A stretch of DNA of 32,540 bases from Candidatus Nanohaloarchaea archaeon. GTDB taxonomy: Archaea; Nanohalarchaeota; Nanosalinia; Nanosalinales; Nanosalinaceae. The DNA lies in contig JBLGBN010000009.1 of assembly GCA_047617745.1 (NCBI GenBank), positions 1-32,540 on the forward strand, written 5' to 3'. The notes under the pieces are model-generated. The model saw only the letters and a list, made by a program, of their open reading frames with translations. It was not told the origin of the DNA and did no database searches. Of the stretch, positions 8,224 through 18,400 are shown one piece after another. Position numbers and translations under genes: made by a program. Position 1 is the first letter of the stretch. Each line of letters begins with the position of its first letter.

Positions 8224-9381
8224 ATGATGGAAGACTTAATGGAATGGGAGTATTACACGGAAACGCCTGGAATAAAGGGCGAGATAAAGGAACAGGTAAA
8301 CGACTTTATAGTGGAAGAACTTGCGTCGCACGAGACAGATGAAGATGGCGACCATCTGATAGTCAAACTGAGAAAGCAGAATATGACCACGATGGAGGCA
8401 ATTTCAAAGCTCTCCAATATGCTCCACATTTCCAAAAACCGGATAGGTTATGCGGGAAACAAGGATAAGAGGGCAGTTACTGAACAGCATATTTCTATTC
8501 AGGGCGTAACTCAGGAAGACGTTAACCAGGTTTTTACAGATGAGTTCGAACTTGAAGTGGTCGGCAGAAACGGCCACATTGGACTTGGAAATCTAGATGC
8601 TAACAGATTTGAAATAACTATAAGACAGCTTAACCTTCCGGTAGATGATCTTAATGACAGAACTTTGAAGATTGTCGATGAAATGGACAGCAAGTTTCCG
8701 AACTACTTTGGAAAGCAGAGATTTGGTTCATCAAGACCAATAACGCATCAGGTAGGTAGACTTATTTTACAGGAGGAATACGAGGAAGCTGTCTGGACCT
8801 ATATCGCTAAACCTTATGACCAGGAGTACAAGAGTATCAGGAAGATAAGGCAGGAACTCTGGGATACGAGAGAGGTAGAAGATGCGGCGGAGAAATTCCC
8901 GGAGCAGTACAGGTACGAGAAAGCACTTCTATACCATCTGACCAAGAACCCTGGAGATTACAAGGGCGCGATCAAAAGATTGCCTGACGGACTTCAGCAG
9001 TTATTTATCCACGCGTATCAGTCTTGGATCTTCAACAGAGTGCTGTCAAGGCTTATTGAGGACGGCTGGTATGAGCCGGAGTACGAGATACCGCTAGTAG
9101 GTTACAAGACAGATCTGAAAGACGGAAAACCGGAGAATATGATTGAGGAAATTATGGAAGAAGAGAATGTCTCACAGGAAGATTTCAGACTTCAGAACTT
9201 CCCAGATCTCAGAAGTGAGGGGACTTACAGGAGAGCATTTGCCGACTTCAGAAACTTTGAGGTCCTCGATCTAGACGAGGACGATCTCAACATGAATATG
9301 AACAAAATGACTGTCAAGTTTGACCTCCCGAAAGGCGCTTATGCAACGGTCTTCCTTAGAGAGATAATGAAGAACAGGTAA
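8224..9381 (+). CDS. truD: tRNA pseudouridine(13) synthase TruD
   Basis: Motifs DFIVEE, GYAGNKDKRAVTEQ, NRFEITIR, PNYFGKQRFG, HAYQSWIFN and FDLPKGAYATVFLREI. Confidence 0.95.
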   Translation: MMEDLMEWEYYTETPGIKGEIKEQVNDFIVEELASHETDEDGDHLIVKLRKQNMTTMEAISKLSNMLHISKNRIGYAGNKDKRAVTEQHISIQGVTQEDVNQVFTDEFELEVVGRNGHIGLGNLDANRFEITIRQLNLPVDDLNDRTLKIVDEMDSKFPNYFGKQRFGSSRPITHQVGRLILQEEYEEAVWTYIAKPYDQEYKSIRKIRQELWDTREVEDAAEKFPEQYRYEKALLYHLTKNPGDYKGAIKRLPDGLQQLFIHAYQSWIFNRVLSRLIEDGWYEPEYEIPLVGYKTDLKDGKPENMIEEIMEEENVSQEDFRLQNFPDLRSEGTYRRAFADFRNFEVLDLDEDDLNMNMNKMTVKFDLPKGAYATVFLREIMKNR

Positions 9382-9389
9382 AAAAGAGG

Positions 9390-10829
9390 CTAGCTGGATT
9401 CTCTGTACTGGAAGATCATCACTTCGCCTCCAAACTCTTTCAGTAGTGTTATGTTCTCATTTTTCTCTAGATAGTTTAGATCCGGGTGAACCAGAGGGGA
9501 GGCCTGGGAATAGTATATCAGGTCGCCATCTTCGAATTCTATGGAGGAATAATTTTTACCGGTACTTACTTTCCTGACATCCAGCTTGCTGTAATAAGCT
9601 ATAGCAGGGTACTGGAATGAGGTATATATTTTATCCTCAGGGCTGTAGTTCTGTTTAAGCCATTCTGCTGCTGTTTCTACAGGGGGTTCCCAGGAATCCT
9701 GTATAAGTGAATTCCTGTCCGGCATATCTCCAGGCGATGTTATGCTAAGGATCGATATACTGGCTATTAAGACGGCGATTATATAACCTGCTCTTCTTAT
9801 TGAACTGCTTTTGGGCTCAATTTTACTTGAATAGTAGCCAAGTATCAAGCATATGAAGGGAATAGAGGGAAGCAGGTAACGAGGCTCTTTGTGGGCAAAT
9901 ATGAACTGCAAAGGTATCAATAGAGCTAAAGCGAAATATGCAGGGATTTTAAGCTCCTTTATATCTTCCAGTTCTGAACTAAATACGCCGGCTATCGACA
10001 GCATTACGAAGCCTAAAGGAAGCAGGAGATGGTAATTCTGGATATAAAGCCAGAATGAGGAAACCGCCCCTGTAGCGTTTAAGCCACCTATAAAGACGTG
10101 TACCGGATTACCAAATACGATCTGGTTCCAGACCAGGTAAGGAGTCATCACACCGAGAAAACTGCCCAGGATTATCCAGTTACGTTTTCTGGTCAACATA
10201 TCTTGAACGGCATTCCTTACTCCAACCGAGTTATAGCTTCTGTTGATCTCTAGAAGGAGCAACAGAGGACACAGTATGAGAGAGGTAAATTTAGCAAGAA
10301 CTGCTAACCCGACACTAACCCCCGTTAGAACCGTATATTTCATCGCCCTGGTCTTCCTCTCCTTAACATAGAAAAAAGCTGTTAAAATCCAGAAGAGCGG
10401 CAGTATGCTGTCAATTAGTAAGTCATTAGACATTGTAACTGCGACAGGAGTAACTGCATAAGCAGAAGCAGAAAGTAAACCTACGGAAACGCTGTAGATC
10501 TCCTTACCAAGGTAATAGAGCATGAAGACGCTGAAAGTTGAGAGAAATGCTACTATTGCATGGAAAACTATGAAAGAGTCGGTGAATACTTGAGCGGACC
10601 CAAGAATTAGAGACATCAACGGCGGTCTTATGTCGAATTCATTGTAGTTATTAGGAGACTCGCCTGTAATTATTTCGGAGTGCTGGAGATAAACTGTTTC
10701 ATCCCAGTAATGGAAACCGGTTCTTATAGGGAATATTCTCAAAGTTAGCGCTACGAAGAGGATCAGAAAAAGCACTAACCTTAGATGTCGGGATGAAAGA
10801 TTTTCTTTCATTTGAAAGTTATTTCCCAA
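9390..10829 (-). CDS. GT-C fold glycosyltransferase (ArnT/PMT_2, GT39/GT83-like); start may be ATG at 10811
   Basis: WDETVY after TM1, RPPL, GLAVLAKFT, PYLVWN and KEPRYLLP motifs; many TM helices. Confidence 0.85.
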   Translation of the reverse strand: MGNNFQMKENLSSRHLRLVLFLILFVALTLRIFPIRTGFHYWDETVYLQHSEIITGESPNNYNEFDIRPPLMSLILGSAQVFTDSFIVFHAIVAFLSTFSVFMLYYLGKEIYSVSVGLLSASAYAVTPVAVTMSNDLLIDSILPLFWILTAFFYVKERKTRAMKYTVLTGVSVGLAVLAKFTSLILCPLLLLLEINRSYNSVGVRNAVQDMLTRKRNWIILGSFLGVMTPYLVWNQIVFGNPVHVFIGGLNATGAVSSFWLYIQNYHLLLPLGFVMLSIAGVFSSELEDIKELKIPAYFALALLIPLQFIFAHKEPRYLLPSIPFICLILGYYSSKIEPKSSSIRRAGYIIAVLIASISILSITSPGDMPDRNSLIQDSWEPPVETAAEWLKQNYSPEDKIYTSFQYPAIAYYSKLDVRKVSTGKNYSSIEFEDGDLIYYSQASPLVHPDLNYLEKNENITLLKEFGGEVMIFQYRESS

Positions 10830-10900
10830 ACGGCTTTGTTATAGTTGGTTGTTCTGATATTTATTAATTCACAGCATTAAGAATTGAAATACTGGTTACC

Positions 10901-12115
10901 ATGGAAACTGTTGACATTGTCTATTTTGGTATTTTTGGGATAATGATATTTTCGGCAGCTTTGTGGCTGACCGTCTACTATCTTAACAGGGACAAGATCC
11001 AGGATGATCCAGAACCTTCCCGTTTTCCGTCAGTCACATATCTGGTACCGGCTTACAATGAAGAGGAGCATATAGAAAGATGCCTTAAATCACTTCTGGA
11101 GATGGATTACCCGGAAGATAAGCTGGAGATAATAGCGATAAATGACGGTTCCGAAGATAACACGCTGGAAAAAATGCGGAAATTCAGCGACCAGATAGAG
11201 ATAATCGACAAGGAGAACACGGGTAAAGCGAACTCCCTTAATCTGGCTCTGCAGAAAGTTGAAACCGAGTTAGTCGCATGTATGGATGCGGACTCTTTTG
11301 CTGAAGAAGATATGCTGAAATCAATGGTAGGTTACTTTGATGAAGAGGATGTCAAAGGAGTTACACCCGCCATGAAAGTCAGGAACCCGCGAACGTGGGC
11401 TCAGAAGGTTATGTGGGCTGAGTACATATACAATTTGTTCCTCAGGAAACTTTTCTCAATTTTCGACTCTCAGTGGGTTATGCCCGGTCCGGGAAGCGTC
11501 TACGAGACTGAATGCCTGAGAGAACTGGGGGGCTGGGACGAATCCACCCTGACCGAGGACATGGAGATAGCCTTCAGAATGTTCAAGAACGGCGCCATCA
11601 TAAAGAACAGCACCAATGCGTACGTGGACACAGAGTCACCTCCAACTCTTAGAGGCTTAATCAAACAGAGAACTCGATGGTATGGAGGCTATATTTCGAA
11701 CGCGCTGAAGTACAGAGAGTTCTGGCTGAACAGAGATTACGGCAACATGGGAGTTATAGTTATTCCTTTCAACGTTCTATGGGTTCTGGTTGTGGTATTT
11801 CTGCTTGCACATATGTTTTACAGAGTTGCGGATGGTATCTACCAGCTGGTAAACACCTACCTATTGATAGGGTCTGTTCCGCTCCAGTTCAACCTAACTG
11901 TACAGAGTATTTCGCCGTTCCACATCTTCTACGCGGTTCTGGGAGTCAGTGGTCTTATTATGCTGCTTATCAGTTTGAGAACTGCGGAAGAGGATTTAAA
12001 CTTTTGGGAGAGAAAGGTTCATTATCTGCTGTTCTTATCTATCTATGGAACACTGTTCGCTGTGTTCTGGGTTGCAGCAGTTATAGCGAAGCTTAGAGGT
12101 AATCAAACATGGTAG
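10901..12115 (+). CDS. Processive GT2 glycosyltransferase (PgaC/hyaluronan/cellulose synthase-like)
   Basis: VPAYNEE, NDGSED, GKANSLN, DAD, TED and QRTRW (QxxRW) motifs; N- and C-terminal TM helices. Confidence 0.9.
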   Translation: METVDIVYFGIFGIMIFSAALWLTVYYLNRDKIQDDPEPSRFPSVTYLVPAYNEEEHIERCLKSLLEMDYPEDKLEIIAINDGSEDNTLEKMRKFSDQIEIIDKENTGKANSLNLALQKVETELVACMDADSFAEEDMLKSMVGYFDEEDVKGVTPAMKVRNPRTWAQKVMWAEYIYNLFLRKLFSIFDSQWVMPGPGSVYETECLRELGGWDESTLTEDMEIAFRMFKNGAIIKNSTNAYVDTESPPTLRGLIKQRTRWYGGYISNALKYREFWLNRDYGNMGVIVIPFNVLWVLVVVFLLAHMFYRVADGIYQLVNTYLLIGSVPLQFNLTVQSISPFHIFYAVLGVSGLIMLLISLRTAEEDLNFWERKVHYLLFLSIYGTLFAVFWVAAVIAKLRGNQTW

Positions 12116-12810
12116 AAAGACAAATTGACTGGCAGTATCCTGTAATCGCAGTAGCAATAACCGGTATAATATTCTCGGGAATACTTTACGGAGGTTTTGC
12201 ACTGAATGACTACAAGGTCGATTCGCTTCGAGCACAGATTGAAGATGTTGAAACCGAGCAAAGGTCACGGATTATCGGGCTAGAGCTCTCTGAAAGCCTT
12301 CAGAAACAGGACTGCAGAGCAGTTGAGGGCTGGATGAATACCACAGTCGACGATCTTAGAAACCTCAGACTGGAGGTTGCTGCATACGAAAGCTCGAACA
12401 AAATTAACAATCAGGATTACACAACGGTCAAGAAAAGATACATGAACCTCCTGCTGCAGAATCTGATTCAGGTTAGAAATTATGATGAATCCTGTGACAG
12501 AGAGGTGGTCGATATCATATACTTCTACAGTGACGGGTGTAACGGATGTACCGATCAGGCAACAATCCTTACTGAGGTAAGACAGCAGTACGGCAAGGAT
12601 GTTGTTGTATACCCTCTTGACACCGAACTGGATATGCAGCCGATCAACTTCCTGTTAAACTATTACGGGATAGAGAGGTACCCGTCACTGGTTATTGACG
12701 GAGAAGTGAAATCCGGCTTCCAGCCTAAAGACAATTTGACCAGGGAGATCGAAAACCGTCTTAATACTACAGATTCCTCACTTGAGAGGAACCAGACAGA
12801 TGCTCAGTAA
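12109..12810 (+). CDS. Membrane-anchored coiled-coil protein with C-terminal thioredoxin-like domain
   Basis: N-terminal TM; YFYSDGCNGC (CxxC); YGIERYPSLVIDG cis-Pro-loop-like segment; overlaps the GT2 stop. Confidence 0.75.
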   Translation: MVERQIDWQYPVIAVAITGIIFSGILYGGFALNDYKVDSLRAQIEDVETEQRSRIIGLELSESLQKQDCRAVEGWMNTTVDDLRNLRLEVAAYESSNKINNQDYTTVKKRYMNLLLQNLIQVRNYDESCDREVVDIIYFYSDGCNGCTDQATILTEVRQQYGKDVVVYPLDTELDMQPINFLLNYYGIERYPSLVIDGEVKSGFQPKDNLTREIENRLNTTDSSLERNQTDAQ

Positions 12811-13090
12811 GAAAGCAGCGCTTACTGGTCTGGCTGTGCTGGGGTTGATTGTAGGCTTAGGAGTTTCGATGGTTACCTGGGGTTCGCCGGGAGAGGATAC
12901 CTACTGTAACTCTATACAGAACCAGATAAAGGCCAACCAGAGTTTTTCAGGTTCGGTGGCCTGTTATCCGCCGGGAGAGATGGATGTTAATGTGTCGGAT
13001 AAAGTGGGTGAAAACACCGAGATTAGATGTGTCTGCAGAATAATAGATGAATCCGGTGTCAGTATATTTCCTGTGGCAGTCTCAAATTAG
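12800..13090 (+). CDS. Small membrane-anchored protein with 4 Cys
   Basis: ATG at 12800 (MLSKKAALTGLAVLGLIV) overlaps the upstream stop and is preferred over TTG 12782. Confidence 0.65.
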   Translation: MLSKKAALTGLAVLGLIVGLGVSMVTWGSPGEDTYCNSIQNQIKANQSFSGSVACYPPGEMDVNVSDKVGENTEIRCVCRIIDESGVSIFPVAVSN

Positions 13091-13094
13091 TCAT

Positions 13095-13994
13095 TCAGTA
13101 AAGGTATTTATCTGATATCTTGAGTTTGTTGCTCCTGCCTTCTTTTTCTTTCTCGATCACATCTTTGTCGACAAGCTCGGATACGAGACCAGAGATCTTC
13201 GCCTTTGAATATTCTGAGGAGTTGACGACATCCTTCTGTAACATTTCGCCATCATTTTCTCTTAACAGCTCCACTATGTCTCTTTGATCATCTGATAGAT
13301 CGCTGTAAACTGTCTCAAGATCCTCAAGGTTTCTTCTTTTCCTGTAGAAGTAAGCGCCATAAGCTGCTACTGTAAGGGCCAGTAAAGCTGCTGCTGCGCC
13401 GATTATGTAACTGTAGTCTTCCCCAGAGTTTAGAGTCTCATATTTAATCTGGAAGTTTAAGGTATCTCCAATCTGAGGGTTTTTATTCCATTCCACGAAT
13501 ATTGTCCGGCCATCGCTTCCTACAGTTCCATCTGGAGGTGTTATAGGGCTATCGGCTGAGCTCTGCGCTGTACCTGCGCCTTCCGGAAGTTCAACTCTCA
13601 TATGGAAGTTCCGTGTAGGCCTGTAGATCGGATGCGAATATCTGAATGTTTTGATTTCTCCTCCATTGGTTACAAGACCTGAGAAACGGTAGTCAAGGTT
13701 TACCGTGAAATTCTCCCGCAGATCTGTTTCACATACTATTTCATCGCCGAGCGCTAGAGTTTCCACGCTGCAGCTCAGCTCCTCGCCTCCTGAGGTGGCT
13801 GATACTGATTCAACGTCGGCCGAGGTTATGTAGGTGAAGCTAGAAGATGTTAATTCAGCAACTTTGATCTCTGCAACAGCCTCAGAACTCTCAAGATCAA
13901 GAGTAAGACTCTCTGAATCCACTGTTGTAGCTGAAGCTCCAGATATAAGAAAAATTGCAAGGATTGCTGCTGAAAGCTTTTTCATGGAAATCAA
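13095..13994 (-). CDS. Membrane-tethered transcriptional regulator (COG2512-like: signal peptide, extracellular beta domain, TM, cytoplasmic wHTH)
   Basis: C-terminal LSDDQRDIVELLRENDGEMLQKDVVNSSEYSKAKISGLVSELVDKDVIEKEKEGRSNKL. Confidence 0.85.
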   Translation of the reverse strand: MISMKKLSAAILAIFLISGASATTVDSESLTLDLESSEAVAEIKVAELTSSSFTYITSADVESVSATSGGEELSCSVETLALGDEIVCETDLRENFTVNLDYRFSGLVTNGGEIKTFRYSHPIYRPTRNFHMRVELPEGAGTAQSSADSPITPPDGTVGSDGRTIFVEWNKNPQIGDTLNFQIKYETLNSGEDYSYIIGAAAALLALTVAAYGAYFYRKRRNLEDLETVYSDLSDDQRDIVELLRENDGEMLQKDVVNSSEYSKAKISGLVSELVDKDVIEKEKEGRSNKLKISDKYLY

Positions 13995-14018
13995 TTTTTG
14001 GCTATTTGAATAAATAGC

Positions 14019-14426
14019 TTAGGCGGTTTCGTCCGTTTCCTTTGATACAACTACGCCCCCTGCGCCCATCTGCGCGTACTGGTGCATTGTGTCCGCAACT
14101 GTTTGAAGGCTTTCCTGGGCTTCTTTCATTCCCATCTGGAAGTTTTCAGGCTCTAGGAACTGTACATAGGTTGGTCCGTAGTTAACGACTGTTTCAAGGG
14201 CGGTTGAGAAGCTGTCAAACTCTACCTCAAGCTCCACTACTTTCGAGTATCCTTTCTCGAGACTAGGGTGAGGATTATCCATTTCAGCTGTTTCATCTTC
14301 TTCCTTCTCTACTACTTCAACGCCGTCATTGGATCCGAGGTTCTCTATATGGTTAATCATTGATTCCTGTACACTTTCCTTGTTAGGTCCTACGGCTTCG
14401 AAAACCATCCAAAGCTTGATCGTCAT
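14019..14426 (-). CDS. Hypothetical acidic cytoplasmic protein
   Basis: 135-aa ORF with host-like acidic composition, ATG start and upstream TATA-like box. Confidence 0.75.
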   Translation of the reverse strand: MTIKLWMVFEAVGPNKESVQESMINHIENLGSNDGVEVVEKEEDETAEMDNPHPSLEKGYSKVVELEVEFDSFSTALETVVNYGPTYVQFLEPENFQMGMKEAQESLQTVADTMHQYAQMGAGGVVVSKETDETA

Positions 14427-14439
14427 AACAGGTACTTGA

Positions 14440-14455
14440 AATATATTTTTAAATT
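14440..14455. promoter_or_regulatory. AT-rich TATA-like tract shared by divergent genes
   Basis: AATATATTTTTAAATT sits in a 50-bp gap between ATGs at 14426 (-) and 14477 (+). Confidence 0.5.
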
Positions 14456-14476
14456 ACTTAGATTGCAACCGTTCTT

Positions 14477-14875
14477 ATGTTCTCGTTCACAGTCCCTGAT
14501 TCTGTGGGTAGGAAACAGTTTGTTGCTGTTCTAACAGGTTTCGGGGTTTTAACTGCAGTTTTCATGTTGTTCGCGTTTAGAGGTTTTGTGATGTTTGAAG
14601 CGACCTCTACGTGTCAGGAAACCACGAGGTTGTGCCATGGAATACCTTATGGTGATTCATGCGCCGGGTTTGAATCAGAAAAGTCCGAAATAGTGGAAAA
14701 ATCACAGTGTAACAGTGTAGAACAGATAGAACAGCGGTGTGGAGAACTTGCAGATGAAATATGTGCGATCAATAATAGATCTATAGGCACTAACTGGAGC
14801 GATCAAACGCTGGTTTTCGGCCGCACCTGTAAGGAGTGGAACGCTGAGTACAACATTTCGTTGAGATCATGCTGA
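14477..14875 (+). CDS. Single-pass membrane protein with 8-Cys extracellular domain (paralog of 4256..4696)
   Basis: N-terminal TM, 8 Cys and N-glycosylation sequons. Confidence 0.75.
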   Translation: MFSFTVPDSVGRKQFVAVLTGFGVLTAVFMLFAFRGFVMFEATSTCQETTRLCHGIPYGDSCAGFESEKSEIVEKSQCNSVEQIEQRCGELADEICAINNRSIGTNWSDQTLVFGRTCKEWNAEYNISLRSC

Positions 14876-14911
14876 AAGTGATTTTTAAACAGCGTCTCAG
14901 AATAAGATGTT

Positions 14912-15319
14912 ATGGAGATTGACCTGGATTACAGTGACTATACAGTCAACCAAGAGGAGCTAGGAAAGGTACTTCTGATTGCATCAGCAGCATTGCTTGT
15001 AACCTCTGTACACGCTGCTTTACAGTTCGGGGATTCGCACAATAAAATACAGGACCTGAACCAGGATCTTGACAGAACTCAGGCCGTGATGAATGGAGAG
15101 GATTTCAACGAGAGTATGGAGGCGCTGGAAAGTGTTCAGGGGACACAGATAGGTCCCAGGTTCTCAAGCGCTGTAGAAGCGTTTAATAGTGCAGAGAACT
15201 CGATACAGACAGCAGAAGAGGTGGAATCGGATCTTGATACTGCATCGGTTATCTACCAGTGGCTTGTACTAATTTCCATAATGGGTGTAATTGCCGGTCT
15301 ATCACTTCTCTACATCTAG
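14912..15319 (+). CDS. Hypothetical two-TM protein with helical extracytoplasmic loop
   Basis: Two hydrophobic helices flank an acidic helical segment; TTTTTAAA about 25 nt upstream. Confidence 0.75.
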   Translation: MEIDLDYSDYTVNQEELGKVLLIASAALLVTSVHAALQFGDSHNKIQDLNQDLDRTQAVMNGEDFNESMEALESVQGTQIGPRFSSAVEAFNSAENSIQTAEEVESDLDTASVIYQWLVLISIMGVIAGLSLLYI

Positions 15320-15448
15320 AAAAACCCGTATAATTGGCAAGATTATTAAACAACCAGAACCAACTTTTTAACGCAGCACAGGCCTTCTCAGCCGGCAAAA
15401 CGGATTTGATTCTGGAAGGCTTAAAACTGTTTCCAGGGTGCCCTGAAA

Positions 15449-18400
15449 TTGAACAGTAAATTAAAAGACAGAAAGATAGCTCTAGGTGTAATTTTAACGG
15501 TATTTCTACTGTCTTCAGCTTCTGCGGCCACCCAGATCAACAAGCCCATAGATTACACTGATTTCGAGGAAAAAACTTCAAACCCTTCCGACGCCTACGA
15601 TAACTCCAATTACGACCAAGGCACTTCATCGGTGACGTTGGAACCTGTTTCCGATCCTGCAATAACCTTCTTTGACTGGCAGCCGACTGTAAATGAGTAC
15701 ACCGCCTTACAGCTTGAGGTAACTGTCTCAAGCTCAGGGTTCTCAGATGATACCTGGAGTCTCTACTATGACAGCTCAAATGACGATACCTGTGATAGTA
15801 GTGACACCGAGCTAAAGCCTTCAGACAGCCAGAACATAGGTATAACAAATTTTACAGCTTCACTTCCTGCGGATCAGGACTTGACCGATCTACAGGTGTG
15901 TCTCACAGGGTCGGAGAACTCTGGATCGGATACGGATAGACAGGTGAGAATATACGATATAAGAACAGTGGGAGAGTATGACTTACAGCAGCAAAAAGTT
16001 GAAGATGTTGAGAGCTTTGATTTCAGTGGAGGCCAGATTGATGGAAGCGTTCAAGATCTTCGTTCAGCCGACAGCCAGTTTGTCAGCTGGAATGATTTGA
16101 ACTACTCGACCAGTCCAAACGAAAATCTATTCACTTTCAATACCTCGACGGATATTCCCCCGGAGTCGATAGATCAAGTTAGTTTTCAGTGGAACTTGGG
16201 AAGGACTGTAACGAACTTCGTTAACTCTCTTACATCAAACGGTGCAGGAACAATGTCGTTCTCGAACGGCGAGCCCAGCGCCACATGGTTTGTAGAGGAT
16301 GGACAGACCGCTAACATGCTTGAGGGAGATACAGCAGCTTTATTCGGTCCCACTTATGAGCTTGGTGAGAAAGGTTTGAACTTTGCACTACCGGAATCTG
16401 TCTCTGATGTTACCTATAATCGGCTAGATTATAAGATAAGGATAAGATCTCAGGGAGGGGACACGGAGCAGCTGGGTATTAACTTCAGGGATTTCACAAA
16501 TGGCGGAGATGTCCAGTGTGGAACGATCGCAAGCTCAACATATCAAAACATTACATGCTCTTTTACAGATCCGACCACGGTTTCGAACTTGATCTCTGGT
16601 AACAGGGTTTACAATGTCTTCACAGAGAGTAACGGTGATGGAACCCAGACAACATGGAACGTCGATTATGCAGCTCTGGAGGTGTCCTATACGACGCCTT
16701 CAACGAATAGGAATTACACATATACTCTCGGTTTGAATAACCGCACCTCGAACAGTCTTGACCAGGTTGGAACCTTTAATCCTTCGAGCCAGCAAAACTT
16801 TTTCTCAGCTAATGTATCGGGTTACGAGGCTGCGTTGACTGAGAATAGGGAAATGGAGGGATATCTTTCGTTCTATGAATCGGGCCATGTTCAGCCGGAA
16901 TACTCTCTACATAGTTTCAGTATAGATAGAGCGCAGACCAGTATTAGTTTTATACAGGATAAAGTTGCGGGATACAACGCTCAGGTAAAGGATGAGACCG
17001 GACAGGAGATTTCAGGTGTAGAGTTTACAGTTTTTGACAATGGTAGAGTATTAGAAAGGTTTACATCAACAGGACAGGGATTCAACGACACCTTGGCGAG
17101 AAACAGGAATTATACTGTAAGACAGTCAATCCCTTCTGGAAGCTCCGACTATAACGTCACATTCTACAATCTTAATATGACTGGCTCTCTGGCTCCGGCG
17201 ACAAGACTGGCGGAGATTCAGGAACCGCAGTATATCGAGAATATCTCAAAAGTATACGCGGTACAGGACAAGGAAATGGAGTTTGAGAAGGCGCAGATTA
17301 AAGTCCCAAGACAGGATACCCCGGAAGTTATTCTCCACTGTACGGACTGGGATTTCCGGAATTCAGATTGTGGCAACTGGGAGTCAGGTGAGATAGATGA
17401 ATATTCAAGCTTCAAAACCTCTGATCATTTCGTCTACAATGTGACAGGCTTCGATGCATTCGCGGTCGCAAACGCAACACCTGTGCCGAACGTGACCTCT
17501 CTGGAAGTTTACGACGTTACTGGGCTCTCGTCCGGGGAGAAAGAGACAGAAGGAGAGTTTTTGGACGGAGGTCTGAACGAAACTCTCAATTTTAACCAGT
17601 CCGAAACGAGGCAGTACAGGTTCGAGTTCAGGATAGAAAACGATGGTAGAAAAGACTGGAATATACAGGATGAAGATACTCTTTATCATGAAGGGCTGAA
17701 CTCATCCTGGCCTGTAGATAAAATATGGTACAACCTCTCGACTGGAGATTTTGATGGCGGCCAGGTTATGGATAGAAGGGTTTCATGGGATACTTCTCAG
17801 GGAGGAATGCTGGAAAACGATAATGATAACGACACTATGTATGCCAAGTACCTGGTGAATATAAACGATCAGGAGTCTAAATCTTATAGTCAGGAGTTCA
17901 GGGTTAATGACACCTCTGAAAATGCAGGGAGCTTTGACTATCACAGGATTGACCTCAAGAAGTTTGGAGATATCAACCTCAGTATTTTGCAACCAGTCAA
18001 TGGAACCACTCTTCCACAGAATGTAACATTTCTGATGAATGCCTCTGTTAACTGCATCAATGGCTACTGCGGAGAAGTGAATGTCACGCCGCGTTACAAC
18101 GCCAGTGGCGGCCCTGATACCCTGATTCCCGAGAATTCAGGACAGCCTTTCCATATAGACGGAACAAGAACCAGAAACTGTGAGGCTCTGGACAACAATG
18201 CTCAGTGCTATATCAACTGGAATATAAACTCAACTGGAGAGCTTAAGACCTCGAGGCTTCTGGATGTCAACGGAACCTCGAACCTAACCGAGGTAGGGAG
18301 AAACGACTCGGCAAATGTCGAGGTCACCATAAATGATGTGCTACTACTGAGTTTGGAGTGGGAAACGCTCGATTTCGGTGTTCTCGATCCTGGTGAGGAG

